Virus record (IMG/VR): IMGVR_UViG_3300020421_001669
Span: 32,001 to 96,000 of that record
Direction: 5' to 3' (one strand)
Length of the DNA: 64,000 bases
From: a virus
Shown: positions 50,630 to 59,014 of the stretch, in pieces
Position numbering within the stretch: the first letter of the stretch is position 1
Layout: each line of letters begins with the position of its first letter
The notes under the pieces: model-generated
The model's input: only the letters and a program-made list of their open reading frames with translations
Database searches by the model: none
Told to the model about the DNA's origin: nothing
Made by a program: the position numbers and the translations under genes

Positions 50630-51106
50630 ATGGCCTATAGTAAGGAAGTAGTAAAAAGGTTTGAAGAAGTAACCAATAATCCACAAGCACATGGCGTAGG
50701 TAGATTTGACCCTAACGACCCACATGTTGCTACAGGACTCACTGGAGCGCCTGCCTGTGGTGATGTTATGAAGTTAGATTTAAAACTTGACCCAGAAACA
50801 GATGAAATTTTAGATGTCAAGTTTAAAACATATGGATGTGGTAGTGCTATTGCTAGTTCTAGTATGTTTGTTGAAATGCTAACAGGACTTACAATCCAAC
50901 AGGCAAAAGAAATAAAGGATAAAGATATTGCGGATGCACTTGAATTACCACCCATTAAAATACATTGTTCTGTATTAGCAGAAGATAGTATTAAAAGAGC
51001 TATTCAAGATTGGGAAGAAAAGAAAGCAGGCCGTAACTCTACTTGGTTAGAGAAAATGGGTGCTAAACCTAGAGAGGGAGAAAAAATTGCGGATAACATT
51101 AACTGA
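50630..51106 (+). CDS. iscU: Fe-S cluster scaffold IscU
   Basis: GAPACGDVMK, FKTYGCGSAIASSS and LPPIKIHCSVLAE. Confidence 0.95.
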   Translation: MAYSKEVVKRFEEVTNNPQAHGVGRFDPNDPHVATGLTGAPACGDVMKLDLKLDPETDEILDVKFKTYGCGSAIASSSMFVEMLTGLTIQQAKEIKDKDIADALELPPIKIHCSVLAEDSIKRAIQDWEEKKAGRNSTWLEKMGAKPREGEKIADNIN

Positions 51107-51410
51107 AGATGCTAAGAAATATTGGACAAGACTTTTAGATGAGAAACCTAGTGCAAAGTATGTACGGTTGGGCGTCAAAGGTGGCGGCTGTGCCGGATTC
51201 TCATATACATGGGACTATACTGATAATTCTGATCGTGGTGTTTTAATTGATGATATCTTAGTTGTAGATGACTACGCGGAAATGTTCTTGCATGGTAGTG
51301 AGATAGTATTTGAAAAAGACCTAGGCGGGTCTCACATTCAAGTAACCAATCCAAATGAAGTAAGTGCCTGTGGTTGTGGAGAGAGTATACAATTCTCAAC
51401 CGCAGTATAG
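51087..51410 (+). CDS. iscA: A-type Fe-S carrier IscA/HesB
   Basis: GGGCAGFSY and NPNEVSACGCGES; TTG start at 51087 after GAGGGAG. Confidence 0.9.
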   Translation: MRITLTEDAKKYWTRLLDEKPSAKYVRLGVKGGGCAGFSYTWDYTDNSDRGVLIDDILVVDDYAEMFLHGSEIVFEKDLGGSHIQVTNPNEVSACGCGESIQFSTAV

Positions 51411-51419
51411 GAGCGAATT

Positions 51420-51569
51420 ATTAACGAGAAAGAACTTGAACAATGGGTAAAAGATAATCCCATTCTAGCCAATGCTGTATTTCCATCATGTGTAGTCTTA
51501 GGGGCAGTGACAATACAGGCTGGTTTAATATTATTAATTGATTGGATGTTATATATCCATTCATTCTAG
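51420..51569 (+). CDS. Putative small membrane protein with a non-canonical ATT start
   Basis: AGGAG 6 nt upstream; 49 codons fill the gap; one hydrophobic helix. Confidence 0.4.
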   Translation: MNEKELEQWVKDNPILANAVFPSCVVLGAVTIQAGLILLIDWMLYIHSF

Positions 51570-51578
51570 GAGAGAAAC

Positions 51579-51944
51579 ATGGCAGATGATTTTGATTTTG
51601 GGTTTACCGCAGTAGACGATATACCAGCAGGAGAAAGACAAGAAGCTCCTGTACAGGCGGAAATCCCTTCAGACCAGATAGATAAGATAATGGATAAACT
51701 AGAACAGTTAGAGTCTAGGATTTTATCAGCAGACAATTCTGGTATGATAAATGAACACAGAGCTTTGGTAGAAAGTGATGTCGCTAATAAACTACGCGAT
51801 GCAGAAGACTTGATACTACCATTGTTGAAAAATCTCAAAAGAAATCCAGAGAAAGATTACATCCACTGGCCGAACAGGGATGTAATTATCGATAAACAAA
51901 TCGAAAGGATACAGGCAGTCACGCGATACTTTGAGCGTATATAA
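51579..51944 (+). CDS. Conserved hypothetical protein of T4-like phages
   Basis: FDFGFTAVD and ILPLLKNLKRNPEKDYIHWPNR. Confidence 0.75.
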   Translation: MADDFDFGFTAVDDIPAGERQEAPVQAEIPSDQIDKIMDKLEQLESRILSADNSGMINEHRALVESDVANKLRDAEDLILPLLKNLKRNPEKDYIHWPNRDVIIDKQIERIQAVTRYFERI

Positions 51945-52087
51945 TGGGTAAATTCTATCGAAGAAAACGCACAGCTGAACACCAGAAACACGAGATAAAA
52001 TTCCAAGAAAAACGGATAGAAGACCAACAAAAAGCGATAAAAGAACAGCAAAAAGCGATAGAAAAGTTGATTTCAGAGAAAAAATAA
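51944..52087 (+). CDS. Small basic coiled-coil protein, 47 aa (not in ORF track)
   Basis: TAATG overlap with the previous gene; MGKFYRRKR...EQQKAIEKL. Confidence 0.5.
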   Translation: MGKFYRRKRTAEHQKHEIKFQEKRIEDQQKAIKEQQKAIEKLISEKK

Positions 52088-52113
52088 TTCAACTTTTTTG
52101 CTTTTTTGTGTTA

Positions 52114-52171
52114 AATCAATGACTTAGAGAGGCAGCTTTTACTTGACTTCTGCTATGGGATATGCGATCAT
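52114..52171 (+). promoter_or_regulatory. Early promoter A: IHF-like site + TTGACT-17-(TGn)GATCAT
   Basis: AATCAATGACTTA 52114-52126 matches WATCAANNNNTTR; TTGACT 52143-52148; GATCAT 52166-52171. Confidence 0.7.
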
Positions 52172-52197
52172 AGTATTGTAATTGAGAGTGAGAGACT

Positions 52198-54633
52198 ATG
52201 GATATAACTTCTAAATCATACCTTGCGAAACTCCTCGCCACTGAGGATGTTTCGATTGAACATAGGAATGTACCTACCGCGTATTTCGACTTGAAGTCTA
52301 GGAAAATTGTACTTCCCAATTGGAAGGACATGCCTGATTTCTTGTATGATTTATTGATTGGTCATGAAGTTGGTCACGCTCTCGTAACTCCCGCTGAAGG
52401 TTGGCACTCTGCCTCTTCTAGTAAGGGTGCAAATTTCAAATCATTCTTGAATGTTGTAGAAGATGTTAGGAATGAGAGACTAGTTAAAATCAGATATCCA
52501 GGCTTGGTCAAGTCATTCTATAAGGGATATCAAATGCTTTACAAGAAAGACTTTTTCGGTCTTTCAAAATTACAAAAGACTCCCCAAGAATTACCACTAA
52601 TTGATAGAATCAATCTTCACGCTAAGGTTGGTGCTTTCCTTACTCTACAATTCACTGCTGAGGAACAGGTCATACTTGACAAGTGTTTCGCTGCTGAGAC
52701 TTGGGATGAGGTTGTCGCCATTGCTGAGGAGTTGTATGACTTCTCTAAGACTGAAGACGCGATGCAAGATCTTTTAGATGAACAAATGGGTATGCCCCAG
52801 TTCGGTGAAGGTGAAGATGAAGATGAAGATGACTTCGCCCAAGATGAGAATGGCGAATGGTCAGAATCACCATACGGTGAAGAAGAGTCAGATGAAGGTG
52901 AGTCCGAGTCTGGTGAAGATACTGAAGAAACTGAAGAAGGTGAAGATAGTGGCGCTCAGTCTGGTGAAGGTGAAGAGACTGAAGAAGAAACTGAAGAGAC
53001 TACTCCTTCTAAAGAAGAGTCAAAAGATACTGAAGATTCTGCTGAGTCTGGTGATAGACCAGAAGATGGCGATATCATGGAAGGTTCTGATAATACTGAA
53101 GGGTACAATCCCCACGATTTCGATGACGCGGAACCTAAGTCATTTACCGATGAAGCGTTTAGAGATGCTGAATCAAACCTAGTAGAGTCTGGTAAGACCA
53201 ATGGTGTTGTTACCGCTACTATGCCTAAGTTCAAGTCTAAGTACTTTGTTTTCCCAACTACCGATGTTTGGCCTGCCCAAGATTTCAAGTATGTTTGTGG
53301 TGGAAGGTATGATGACATTCCTGCTGGTTCTGCTACGGATGTAGAGAAAACTTTGCTTGATGAATTCATGCAAAGAAACAAGGGTTCAATCAATCAACTA
53401 GTTATGCAGTTTGAGATGAAGAAAAAAGCCACCCTATTGAGGAAGGCTCAAGTCAACAAAACTGGTAAGTTGAATGAAGATAAGTTGTGGGCATACAAGT
53501 TGACTGAAGACTTGTTCCTATCAAGTACTACTGTGCCAGATGGTCAGAACCATGGCATGATGATGTTTGTAGACTTCTCTGGTTCAATGGGTAGACACAT
53601 GGCTGGTACTATTGAACAAACACTAATTCAAGTTGCCTTCTGCAAAAAAGTTGGTATCCCATTTGATGTGTACGGTTTTTCAAACTGCGCTAACTCTCTC
53701 CAAAGTGAGAAGTTCGGAAATGCTTCTAGGGGTTCTGCTTTTCAATCTGCTAATGATGGTGAGTTGTTTATTGAGTCTGGTGGGTTCGCTCTGCTTCAGT
53801 TGATATCTTCTGAATTGCCTCAGAGTGAGTACAATAGATGTTTCAAAAAGTTACTTGGTTACAAAACTTCATTTGAGTGGAGAGATATGAAACCAAGAAT
53901 GGAAAGATATGATGTTCCTTACCATCTTTATCTTGGGTCTACTCCGCTGTCAAGTTGTATGATAGTTGGTGCTAAGATTGCTAAACAGTTCAAGGAAAGA
54001 AACAGAATTGAAGTTATGAACACGATTGTTCTTTCCGATGGTGGAAACACTTCTGACTTAGAAGTAATCTCTGAAGGTCAATATGAAGAGAGTGGTAGGT
54101 TCAGATATGAAAATGCCATCTCAAAAGAGTTTGGTTATGGATACGGTGAAGAGAAAACCGAGATTGGTAAGTTCCAATTGAAAGGCAACGGTTTGTCAGT
54201 TACCACTAACATCAAAGGGATGTATGGAACAAACTACGGTAGGGTCTCTTATGAAAGTGCTACTGCTGTTACTTTCGACTACTACAAAAAGTTTGTTGGT
54301 TCCAGAATAGTTCACTTCTTCCTAGTTGATAACAACATTAGAGAAGCGAGACAGGCATGGACTGATATGACAGGAACCTTTGCCGAGTATGATGAAAACT
54401 TTGATAAAGAAAAGTCAACTAACTGGAAGCACAATAACTTCATGTCTTGCCAGTCTAAGTTGGGAAGTGATGCTTGTTTCATTCTGAAGGGTGCTAAGTC
54501 TCTTAATGAAGAAGCAGAGTTTGAAGTCAGTTCTGATAGTAAGGCTGACATTTTGAGAGGGTTCAAGAAATTCCAGAAAGGCAAGTCCAATTCCAGACAG
54601 TTCTTGAACAGATTTATTGATGAGGTCGCGTAA
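52198..54633 (+). CDS. Metallopeptidase-like + acidic linker + VWA protein (CobT-like partner of MoxR/CobS)
   Basis: HEVGH zincin motif, Glu/Asp-rich linker, VWA MIDAS DFSGSM, TPL and LSDG. Confidence 0.8.
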   Translation: MDITSKSYLAKLLATEDVSIEHRNVPTAYFDLKSRKIVLPNWKDMPDFLYDLLIGHEVGHALVTPAEGWHSASSSKGANFKSFLNVVEDVRNERLVKIRYPGLVKSFYKGYQMLYKKDFFGLSKLQKTPQELPLIDRINLHAKVGAFLTLQFTAEEQVILDKCFAAETWDEVVAIAEELYDFSKTEDAMQDLLDEQMGMPQFGEGEDEDEDDFAQDENGEWSESPYGEEESDEGESESGEDTEETEEGEDSGAQSGEGEETEEETEETTPSKEESKDTEDSAESGDRPEDGDIMEGSDNTEGYNPHDFDDAEPKSFTDEAFRDAESNLVESGKTNGVVTATMPKFKSKYFVFPTTDVWPAQDFKYVCGGRYDDIPAGSATDVEKTLLDEFMQRNKGSINQLVMQFEMKKKATLLRKAQVNKTGKLNEDKLWAYKLTEDLFLSSTTVPDGQNHGMMMFVDFSGSMGRHMAGTIEQTLIQVAFCKKVGIPFDVYGFSNCANSLQSEKFGNASRGSAFQSANDGELFIESGGFALLQLISSELPQSEYNRCFKKLLGYKTSFEWRDMKPRMERYDVPYHLYLGSTPLSSCMIVGAKIAKQFKERNRIEVMNTIVLSDGGNTSDLEVISEGQYEESGRFRYENAISKEFGYGYGEEKTEIGKFQLKGNGLSVTTNIKGMYGTNYGRVSYESATAVTFDYYKKFVGSRIVHFFLVDNNIREARQAWTDMTGTFAEYDENFDKEKSTNWKHNNFMSCQSKLGSDACFILKGAKSLNEEAEFEVSSDSKADILRGFKKFQKGKSNSRQFLNRFIDEVA

Positions 54634-54711
54634 GTGGTTGAATTTAAAGGGAAAGAAAATGAAAAAAAATTCATTTTGGCCCTTGACTTCTGCCCCCAAA
54701 TATGGGATCAT
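54631..54711 (+). promoter_or_regulatory. Early promoter B: near-IHF site + TTGACT-17-(TGn)GATCAT
   Basis: TTGACT 54683-54688 and GATCAT 54706-54711; near copy of promoter A. Confidence 0.7.
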
Positions 54712-54745
54712 GATCAAGTAATTGAGAAAAAGTGAGAGGTAAATT

Positions 54746-55981
54746 ATGAGTGTAAAACAGAAAGAACAGTTCCTTCAGGCCCTTGCCGATGTGAACAATT
54801 CCGCGTCTGCTGTGTTCTCCAAGGCGGAGGCAATGCAGATTGCAAAATCAAATGGGTTGAAAAATCCCATGTGGTTTTTTAAAGAGTGTAAAGTTGGTAG
54901 GAACCAATTTTCGCCAAACATGGCAACTCTAATGACAGTGGGTAATACTGCTCTCAAACCTGTCGCCGCTGAGGCGACTGCCCTTGAAGAGTCAGTATCT
55001 ACCCTTGAACCAATTGAGACAATTCAGTCTCAAGCATTGGATGCCAAGATTGTAAAACAGGCAAAACTTGCGGTGGAAATAGAAAACTTAGTTCCAGATT
55101 CAGATAGTACTTATGTCCCATTTGGGTTCCATAAAGATTTGGTGAACATCATCAAGTCTGGTATGTTCTATCCTACTTTCATTTGTGGTCTATCTGGTAA
55201 CGGTAAGACTATGATGGTGGAACAGGTTTGTGCCAAACTCAAGAAAGAAGCCATTAGGGTTAACATCTCTATCGAAACCGATGAAGATGACTTGATTGGT
55301 GGTAACACTCTCGTGGATGGTAATGTGGTTTACAGGGAAGGCCCTGTGCTGACTGCCATGAAGAGAGGTGCGATTCTCATTCTGGATGAGATTGATAGGG
55401 GTTCTAACAAGTTGATGTGCCTTCAGGCAATCCTTGAAGGGAAACCTTACTTCAATAAGAAGTCTGGTGAGGTTGTCACGCCTGCTACTGGTTTCAATGT
55501 GATTGCTACTGCAAACACAAAAGGTAGGGGTTCCGATGATGGTAAGTTCATGGGTGCTCAAGTTCTGGATGAGGCGTTCCTAGAAAGGTTCGCTATCACG
55601 GTTGAACAGGAATATCCTTCTAGTGTTCAAGAGAAGAAAATTGTCATGAACAAAATGGGTGTTGCTGAGTGTGTCGATGAAGACTTTGCTGATAAGTTGG
55701 TCATGTGGGCTGACATAATCAGAAAGACTTTCTACGAAGGTGGAATCGATGAGTTGGTTTCTACCAGAAGGTTGGAACACATTGTCAAGGCATACGCCAT
55801 GTTCTCTGATAGACTCAAGGCAATTCAGTTGTGTGTCAATAGGTTTGATACCGACACCAAGTCTGCCTTCATTGACCTTTACACTAAGGTTGATGCTGGT
55901 GCCACGGTTGAAGAAATCATGGACAATCCTACCGATGGTTCTGAAGATAACAACCCAGAGGCTGATGACTATGACTTTTAA
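54746..55981 (+). CDS. MoxR/CobS-like AAA+ ATPase
   Basis: GLSGNGKT, ILDEID, ATANTKG, LDEAFLERF and VSTRRL. Confidence 0.9.
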   Translation: MSVKQKEQFLQALADVNNSASAVFSKAEAMQIAKSNGLKNPMWFFKECKVGRNQFSPNMATLMTVGNTALKPVAAEATALEESVSTLEPIETIQSQALDAKIVKQAKLAVEIENLVPDSDSTYVPFGFHKDLVNIIKSGMFYPTFICGLSGNGKTMMVEQVCAKLKKEAIRVNISIETDEDDLIGGNTLVDGNVVYREGPVLTAMKRGAILILDEIDRGSNKLMCLQAILEGKPYFNKKSGEVVTPATGFNVIATANTKGRGSDDGKFMGAQVLDEAFLERFAITVEQEYPSSVQEKKIVMNKMGVAECVDEDFADKLVMWADIIRKTFYEGGIDELVSTRRLEHIVKAYAMFSDRLKAIQLCVNRFDTDTKSAFIDLYTKVDAGATVEEIMDNPTDGSEDNNPEADDYDF

Positions 55982-56249
55982 CCCAGACTACAAATACAAT
56001 GAAGGAGCTCTTATCAAAGAGCTCCAAACTTATATAGATGCCACTTATGGTGAGCACTACTCTATCAATAAGTATCAGGCAACCGAATTTATTATTGACG
56101 GTGGTCATGGTGAAGGATTTTGTATCGGGAATATTTTGAAGTACGCCCAGAGATACGGTAAGAAAGACGGTTACAACCGCAAAGATTTAATGAAAGTATT
56201 GCACTATGCAATAATCGCTCTTCATGTACACGATATGGAGCACGAATAA
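55965..56249 (+). CDS. DUF3310-like conserved phage protein
   Basis: HYS...GFCIGNILKYAQRYGKK...DLMKVLHYA; true start near 55965/55971. Confidence 0.75.
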   Translation: MTMTFNPDYKYNEGALIKELQTYIDATYGEHYSINKYQATEFIIDGGHGEGFCIGNILKYAQRYGKKDGYNRKDLMKVLHYAIIALHVHDMEHE

Positions 56250-56270
56250 TCAGTTTGCCCCCAGCGGGCA

Positions 56271-56327
56271 GTCGGGGCTTGGTACACCTCTCTCTTACTC
56301 TCTCACAAGAAGTATCAAGTTCCCGAC
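56271..56327 (+). other. Long RNA hairpin with a CU-rich (anti-SD-like) loop
   Basis: GTCGGGGCTTGGTAC pairs with GTATCAAGTTCCCGAC (G-U pairs, one bulge); loop ACCTCTCTCTTACTCTCTCACAAGAA. Confidence 0.65.
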
Positions 56328-56335
56328 AACTTTAT

Positions 56336-56343
56336 TATAAATA
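56336..56343 (+). promoter_or_regulatory. Late promoter TATAAATA
   Basis: Exact consensus upstream of 56375. Confidence 0.8.
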
Positions 56344-56374
56344 AGAGAGTAAGAATTTTTTAGAGGAATTAACA

Positions 56375-56725
56375 ATGGCATATAGATTAACATACAATTG
56401 CACAAGGCCCGATACCACAGCAGATTGGTACTTTTTTTACGAGTCAGCTGATTCTGGTTTTGAAACAAATGCAACCCACTTTAGAAACTGGCTTGACGCG
56501 AGAAGCGATGTAACAGTGACACTTACTGTAGCAGAAGATAATCTCTCATTCAAATGGGAATTAGACTTTGCTGATGAAGCAGCTTACGATGCGTTTGTAG
56601 TCGATAGAACAGCTTTATTTGCAGATGCTCCTTACAGCGGAACCGCTCACTTACAGGAGACTGCATATCTGGATTACTTGTCCGCTAACAACATGGTAGC
56701 AACTGAGACCACTGCGGAAGTATAA
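56375..56725 (+). CDS. Hypothetical late protein
   Basis: Late promoter plus GAGG RBS; acidic, 116 aa. Confidence 0.7.
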   Translation: MAYRLTYNCTRPDTTADWYFFYESADSGFETNATHFRNWLDARSDVTVTLTVAEDNLSFKWELDFADEAAYDAFVVDRTALFADAPYSGTAHLQETAYLDYLSANNMVATETTAEV

Positions 56726-56734
56726 AGAAAGGGG

Positions 56735-56764
56735 TTGACATTTGCCCCTAACAAATGTTAATAT
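56735..56764 (+). promoter_or_regulatory. sigma70-type promoter TTGACA-18-TAATAT for gp45
   Basis: TTGACA 56735-56740 lies inside an AGGGG...CCCCT inverted repeat. Confidence 0.55.
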
Positions 56765-56792
56765 GTGATGTTTAATTTGATTGAGGTATATT

Positions 56793-57443
56793 ATGAAACT
56801 ATCCAAAACTACTTTGGAGCTGTTGAAAAACTTTGCTACGATTAATACCAATTTATTGGTTAAGTCTGGTAGTAGTTTATCAACTGTGTCCGCTTCAAAG
56901 TCTATTCTTGCAAAGGGCACAATTGAGGAGAACTTCCCACAGGAGTTCGCAATCTATGACTTAAATCAATTTCTATCTTTGGTCACAATGAGTGAAGATA
57001 CTGAGATTGATTTTTCCGATGATTATCTGACATGCAAATCTAATGCTGGAAGGTTCAAGTTTTATTACGCGGAACCATCTATCATTGTGGCAGCTCCAGA
57101 TAAAGAAATTGAAATTGATTCTTTCTATCAATTCAATATTACCAAAGAACAACTCAACACTATCTACAGGGCAGCAAGTGTAATCTCTGCTCCTACTCTT
57201 AGTGTTGTCGCCAATGCTGGCAATGTGGTTCTGAGTGTGGGTGACCCGAATACTCCTAAGAGTAATTCATTCACCACTGACATTGGTAATGCTAATGTAG
57301 AGTTTGATGCTAGACTAGGAATTGAAAACCTAAAAGTAATCGCGGATGATTATGAGGTTACTGTTTCCCAGAAGAAAGTATTTAAATTTTCTAACGCTAA
57401 GAGAACCTACTTCTTGGCACTTGAACCGAGTTCAAATATCTAA
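56793..57443 (+). CDS. gp45: Sliding clamp gp45
   Basis: MKLSKTTLELLKNFATIN, FAIYDLNQFL and YFLALE. Confidence 0.95.
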   Translation: MKLSKTTLELLKNFATINTNLLVKSGSSLSTVSASKSILAKGTIEENFPQEFAIYDLNQFLSLVTMSEDTEIDFSDDYLTCKSNAGRFKFYYAEPSIIVAAPDKEIEIDSFYQFNITKEQLNTIYRAASVISAPTLSVVANAGNVVLSVGDPNTPKSNSFTTDIGNANVEFDARLGIENLKVIADDYEVTVSQKKVFKFSNAKRTYFLALEPSSNI

Positions 57444-57610
57444 TGTATTGGATTGAAGGAATGATTGCCGTCTATGGAATGATACTTTCTTTCATGGCCG
57501 GCTGGTTGATGCCTAGAGGCAATTTTATTAGAACTTCCCAGTTATGGTTAACCAAAAAAATATACAACTGGTTAGCACATGACAAGGAAAAATTGAAGGA
57601 GAAAAAATGA
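57443..57610 (+). CDS. Small membrane protein, 55 aa (not in ORF track)
   Basis: TAATG and ATGA overlaps on both sides; hydrophobic N-terminus. Confidence 0.6.
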   Translation: MYWIEGMIAVYGMILSFMAGWLMPRGNFIRTSQLWLTKKIYNWLAHDKEKLKEKK

Positions 57611-58230
57611 CAGATTTTAATATTGAAGTTGGTCAAAAACTACCAGAAGATATCACTTTCCACATGAGGGTAAGGGATGAAAAGATGGTAGAACAGGGGG
57701 ATGAGAATCCATATCAGTGGCAACTAGTAAACTCAACTGACTTGTTCAAGGACAAGAGGGTTGTATTGTTTGCTTTGCCTGGCGCGTTTACTCCGACTTG
57801 TTCAACCTATCAACTACCAGATTACGACAACAATTATGAGTTGTTCAAAAGGTCTGGTATCGATGAGGTATATTGTCTATCTGTTAATGACAGTTTTGTT
57901 ATGAACAAATGGGGCGATTGGTTGGACATTGATAGTGTAAAACTAATTCCAGATGGAAGTGGTTTCTTTACAGAGGCTATTGGTGCGTTGGTAAAGAAAG
58001 ACAACTTAGGATTCGGGCCAAGGTCTTGGAGATATTCAGTCCTAGTAAATGATGGTGTTGTAGAAAAGGCATTCATCGAAGAGGGATGTGAAGATGATTG
58101 TCCCGCTGACCCATACGAAGTTTCTGACCCATACACAATGATGCAATATATTCAAAACGAAAGTCCTGTAGGACAACAGTATGAGTTGAATCTTGAAGAT
58201 GGATTGGGAACAGAAGAACAGGTTGGATAA
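57607..58230 (+). CDS. Peroxiredoxin (Prx5/AhpC-TSA type)
   Basis: FALPGAFTPTCS, SVNDSFVM..W and GFGPRSWRYS. Confidence 0.92.
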   Translation: MTDFNIEVGQKLPEDITFHMRVRDEKMVEQGDENPYQWQLVNSTDLFKDKRVVLFALPGAFTPTCSTYQLPDYDNNYELFKRSGIDEVYCLSVNDSFVMNKWGDWLDIDSVKLIPDGSGFFTEAIGALVKKDNLGFGPRSWRYSVLVNDGVVEKAFIEEGCEDDCPADPYEVSDPYTMMQYIQNESPVGQQYELNLEDGLGTEEQVG

Positions 58231-59014
58231 AGTTGATTACGATATAAAACCTTTATCAAAGGAACTCGCAATCGATTTTATTCAGACGCATCATTATTCA
58301 CCAATGATGCCTAAACTGACAAAGCATTATCTAGGGTGCTTTCTCAATGGTGAACTTGTAGGTGTTTTGACTTTGGGCTGGGGTACTCAACCTAGACAAA
58401 CAATCAATAAGATGTTTACTGGTCTTGAGTCAAAACACTATTGGGAAATTGGTAAGATGTGCATGACAGATGACATGCCAACCAATTCAGAATCACAAAT
58501 GATATCCCAAACAGTCAAGTGGATAAAAGAAAATACACCCGATGTATTATTTCTTTACACAATGGCAGATGGTATCATGGGCAAATGTGGATATGTATAT
58601 CAGGCCAGTAATTTTTTATACGGTGGAAAATACTTCACTCAAGTCTACGAGATAAATGGAGAAAAGATTCACCCTAGAACGACAGGAAAACTATGTGAAG
58701 AGAACGCAAGGTTCTCTGGTAGAGATAAAATTTTTTGGTTGACTTCTGACTTTATGAAAGAAAAGGGAATCAAAAAAATTGAAGGGTATATGTTCAGATA
58801 TATCTTTCCACTAAATAAGAAAGCAAAAAGACTATTGAAAAAATCAAATATGGAATGGACTAGAAATTATCCAAAAGACCATGACTTAAAATGGTTTGAT
58901 AAAACTGGTAAACCCAAATTTGAAATTGAACAACCCCACTTTTCATATGATGAAGTATTACATAATTCTAAGAACATCGATGGTGGTGGTGCATCTTTAA
59001 GAGGTATATTATGA
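58193..59014 (+). CDS. Mom-family (GNAT-like) DNA modification protein
   Basis: FIQTHHYS, GVLTLG, EIGKMC, PTNSESQMIS and MADG..G.VYQASNFLYGG resemble Mu Mom-family motifs. Start may be TTG 58223. Confidence 0.65.
   Translation: MKMDWEQKNRLDKVDYDIKPLSKELAIDFIQTHHYSPMMPKLTKHYLGCFLNGELVGVLTLGWGTQPRQTINKMFTGLESKHYWEIGKMCMTDDMPTNSESQMISQTVKWIKENTPDVLFLYTMADGIMGKCGYVYQASNFLYGGKYFTQVYEINGEKIHPRTTGKLCEENARFSGRDKIFWLTSDFMKEKGIKKIEGYMFRYIFPLNKKAKRLLKKSNMEWTRNYPKDHDLKWFDKTGKPKFEIEQPHFSYDEVLHNSKNIDGGGASLRGIL

Noticed and set aside
55740-55964. N-terminal 75 codons of the track ORF 55740-56249
   Set aside because: Overlaps the MoxR gene in another frame; recognisable sequence starts only at ~55965.
52198-55981. 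Cobalamin biosynthesis (cobT/cobS) auxiliary genes
   Set aside because: No cobN or other cob genes in the window; the architecture is a generic MoxR-VWA pair.
56250-56330. tRNA or intrinsic terminator call for the intergenic hairpin
   Set aside because: No cloverleaf or TTC-arm signature, a very large loop and no adjacent U-tract; kept as a regulatory RNA candidate instead.
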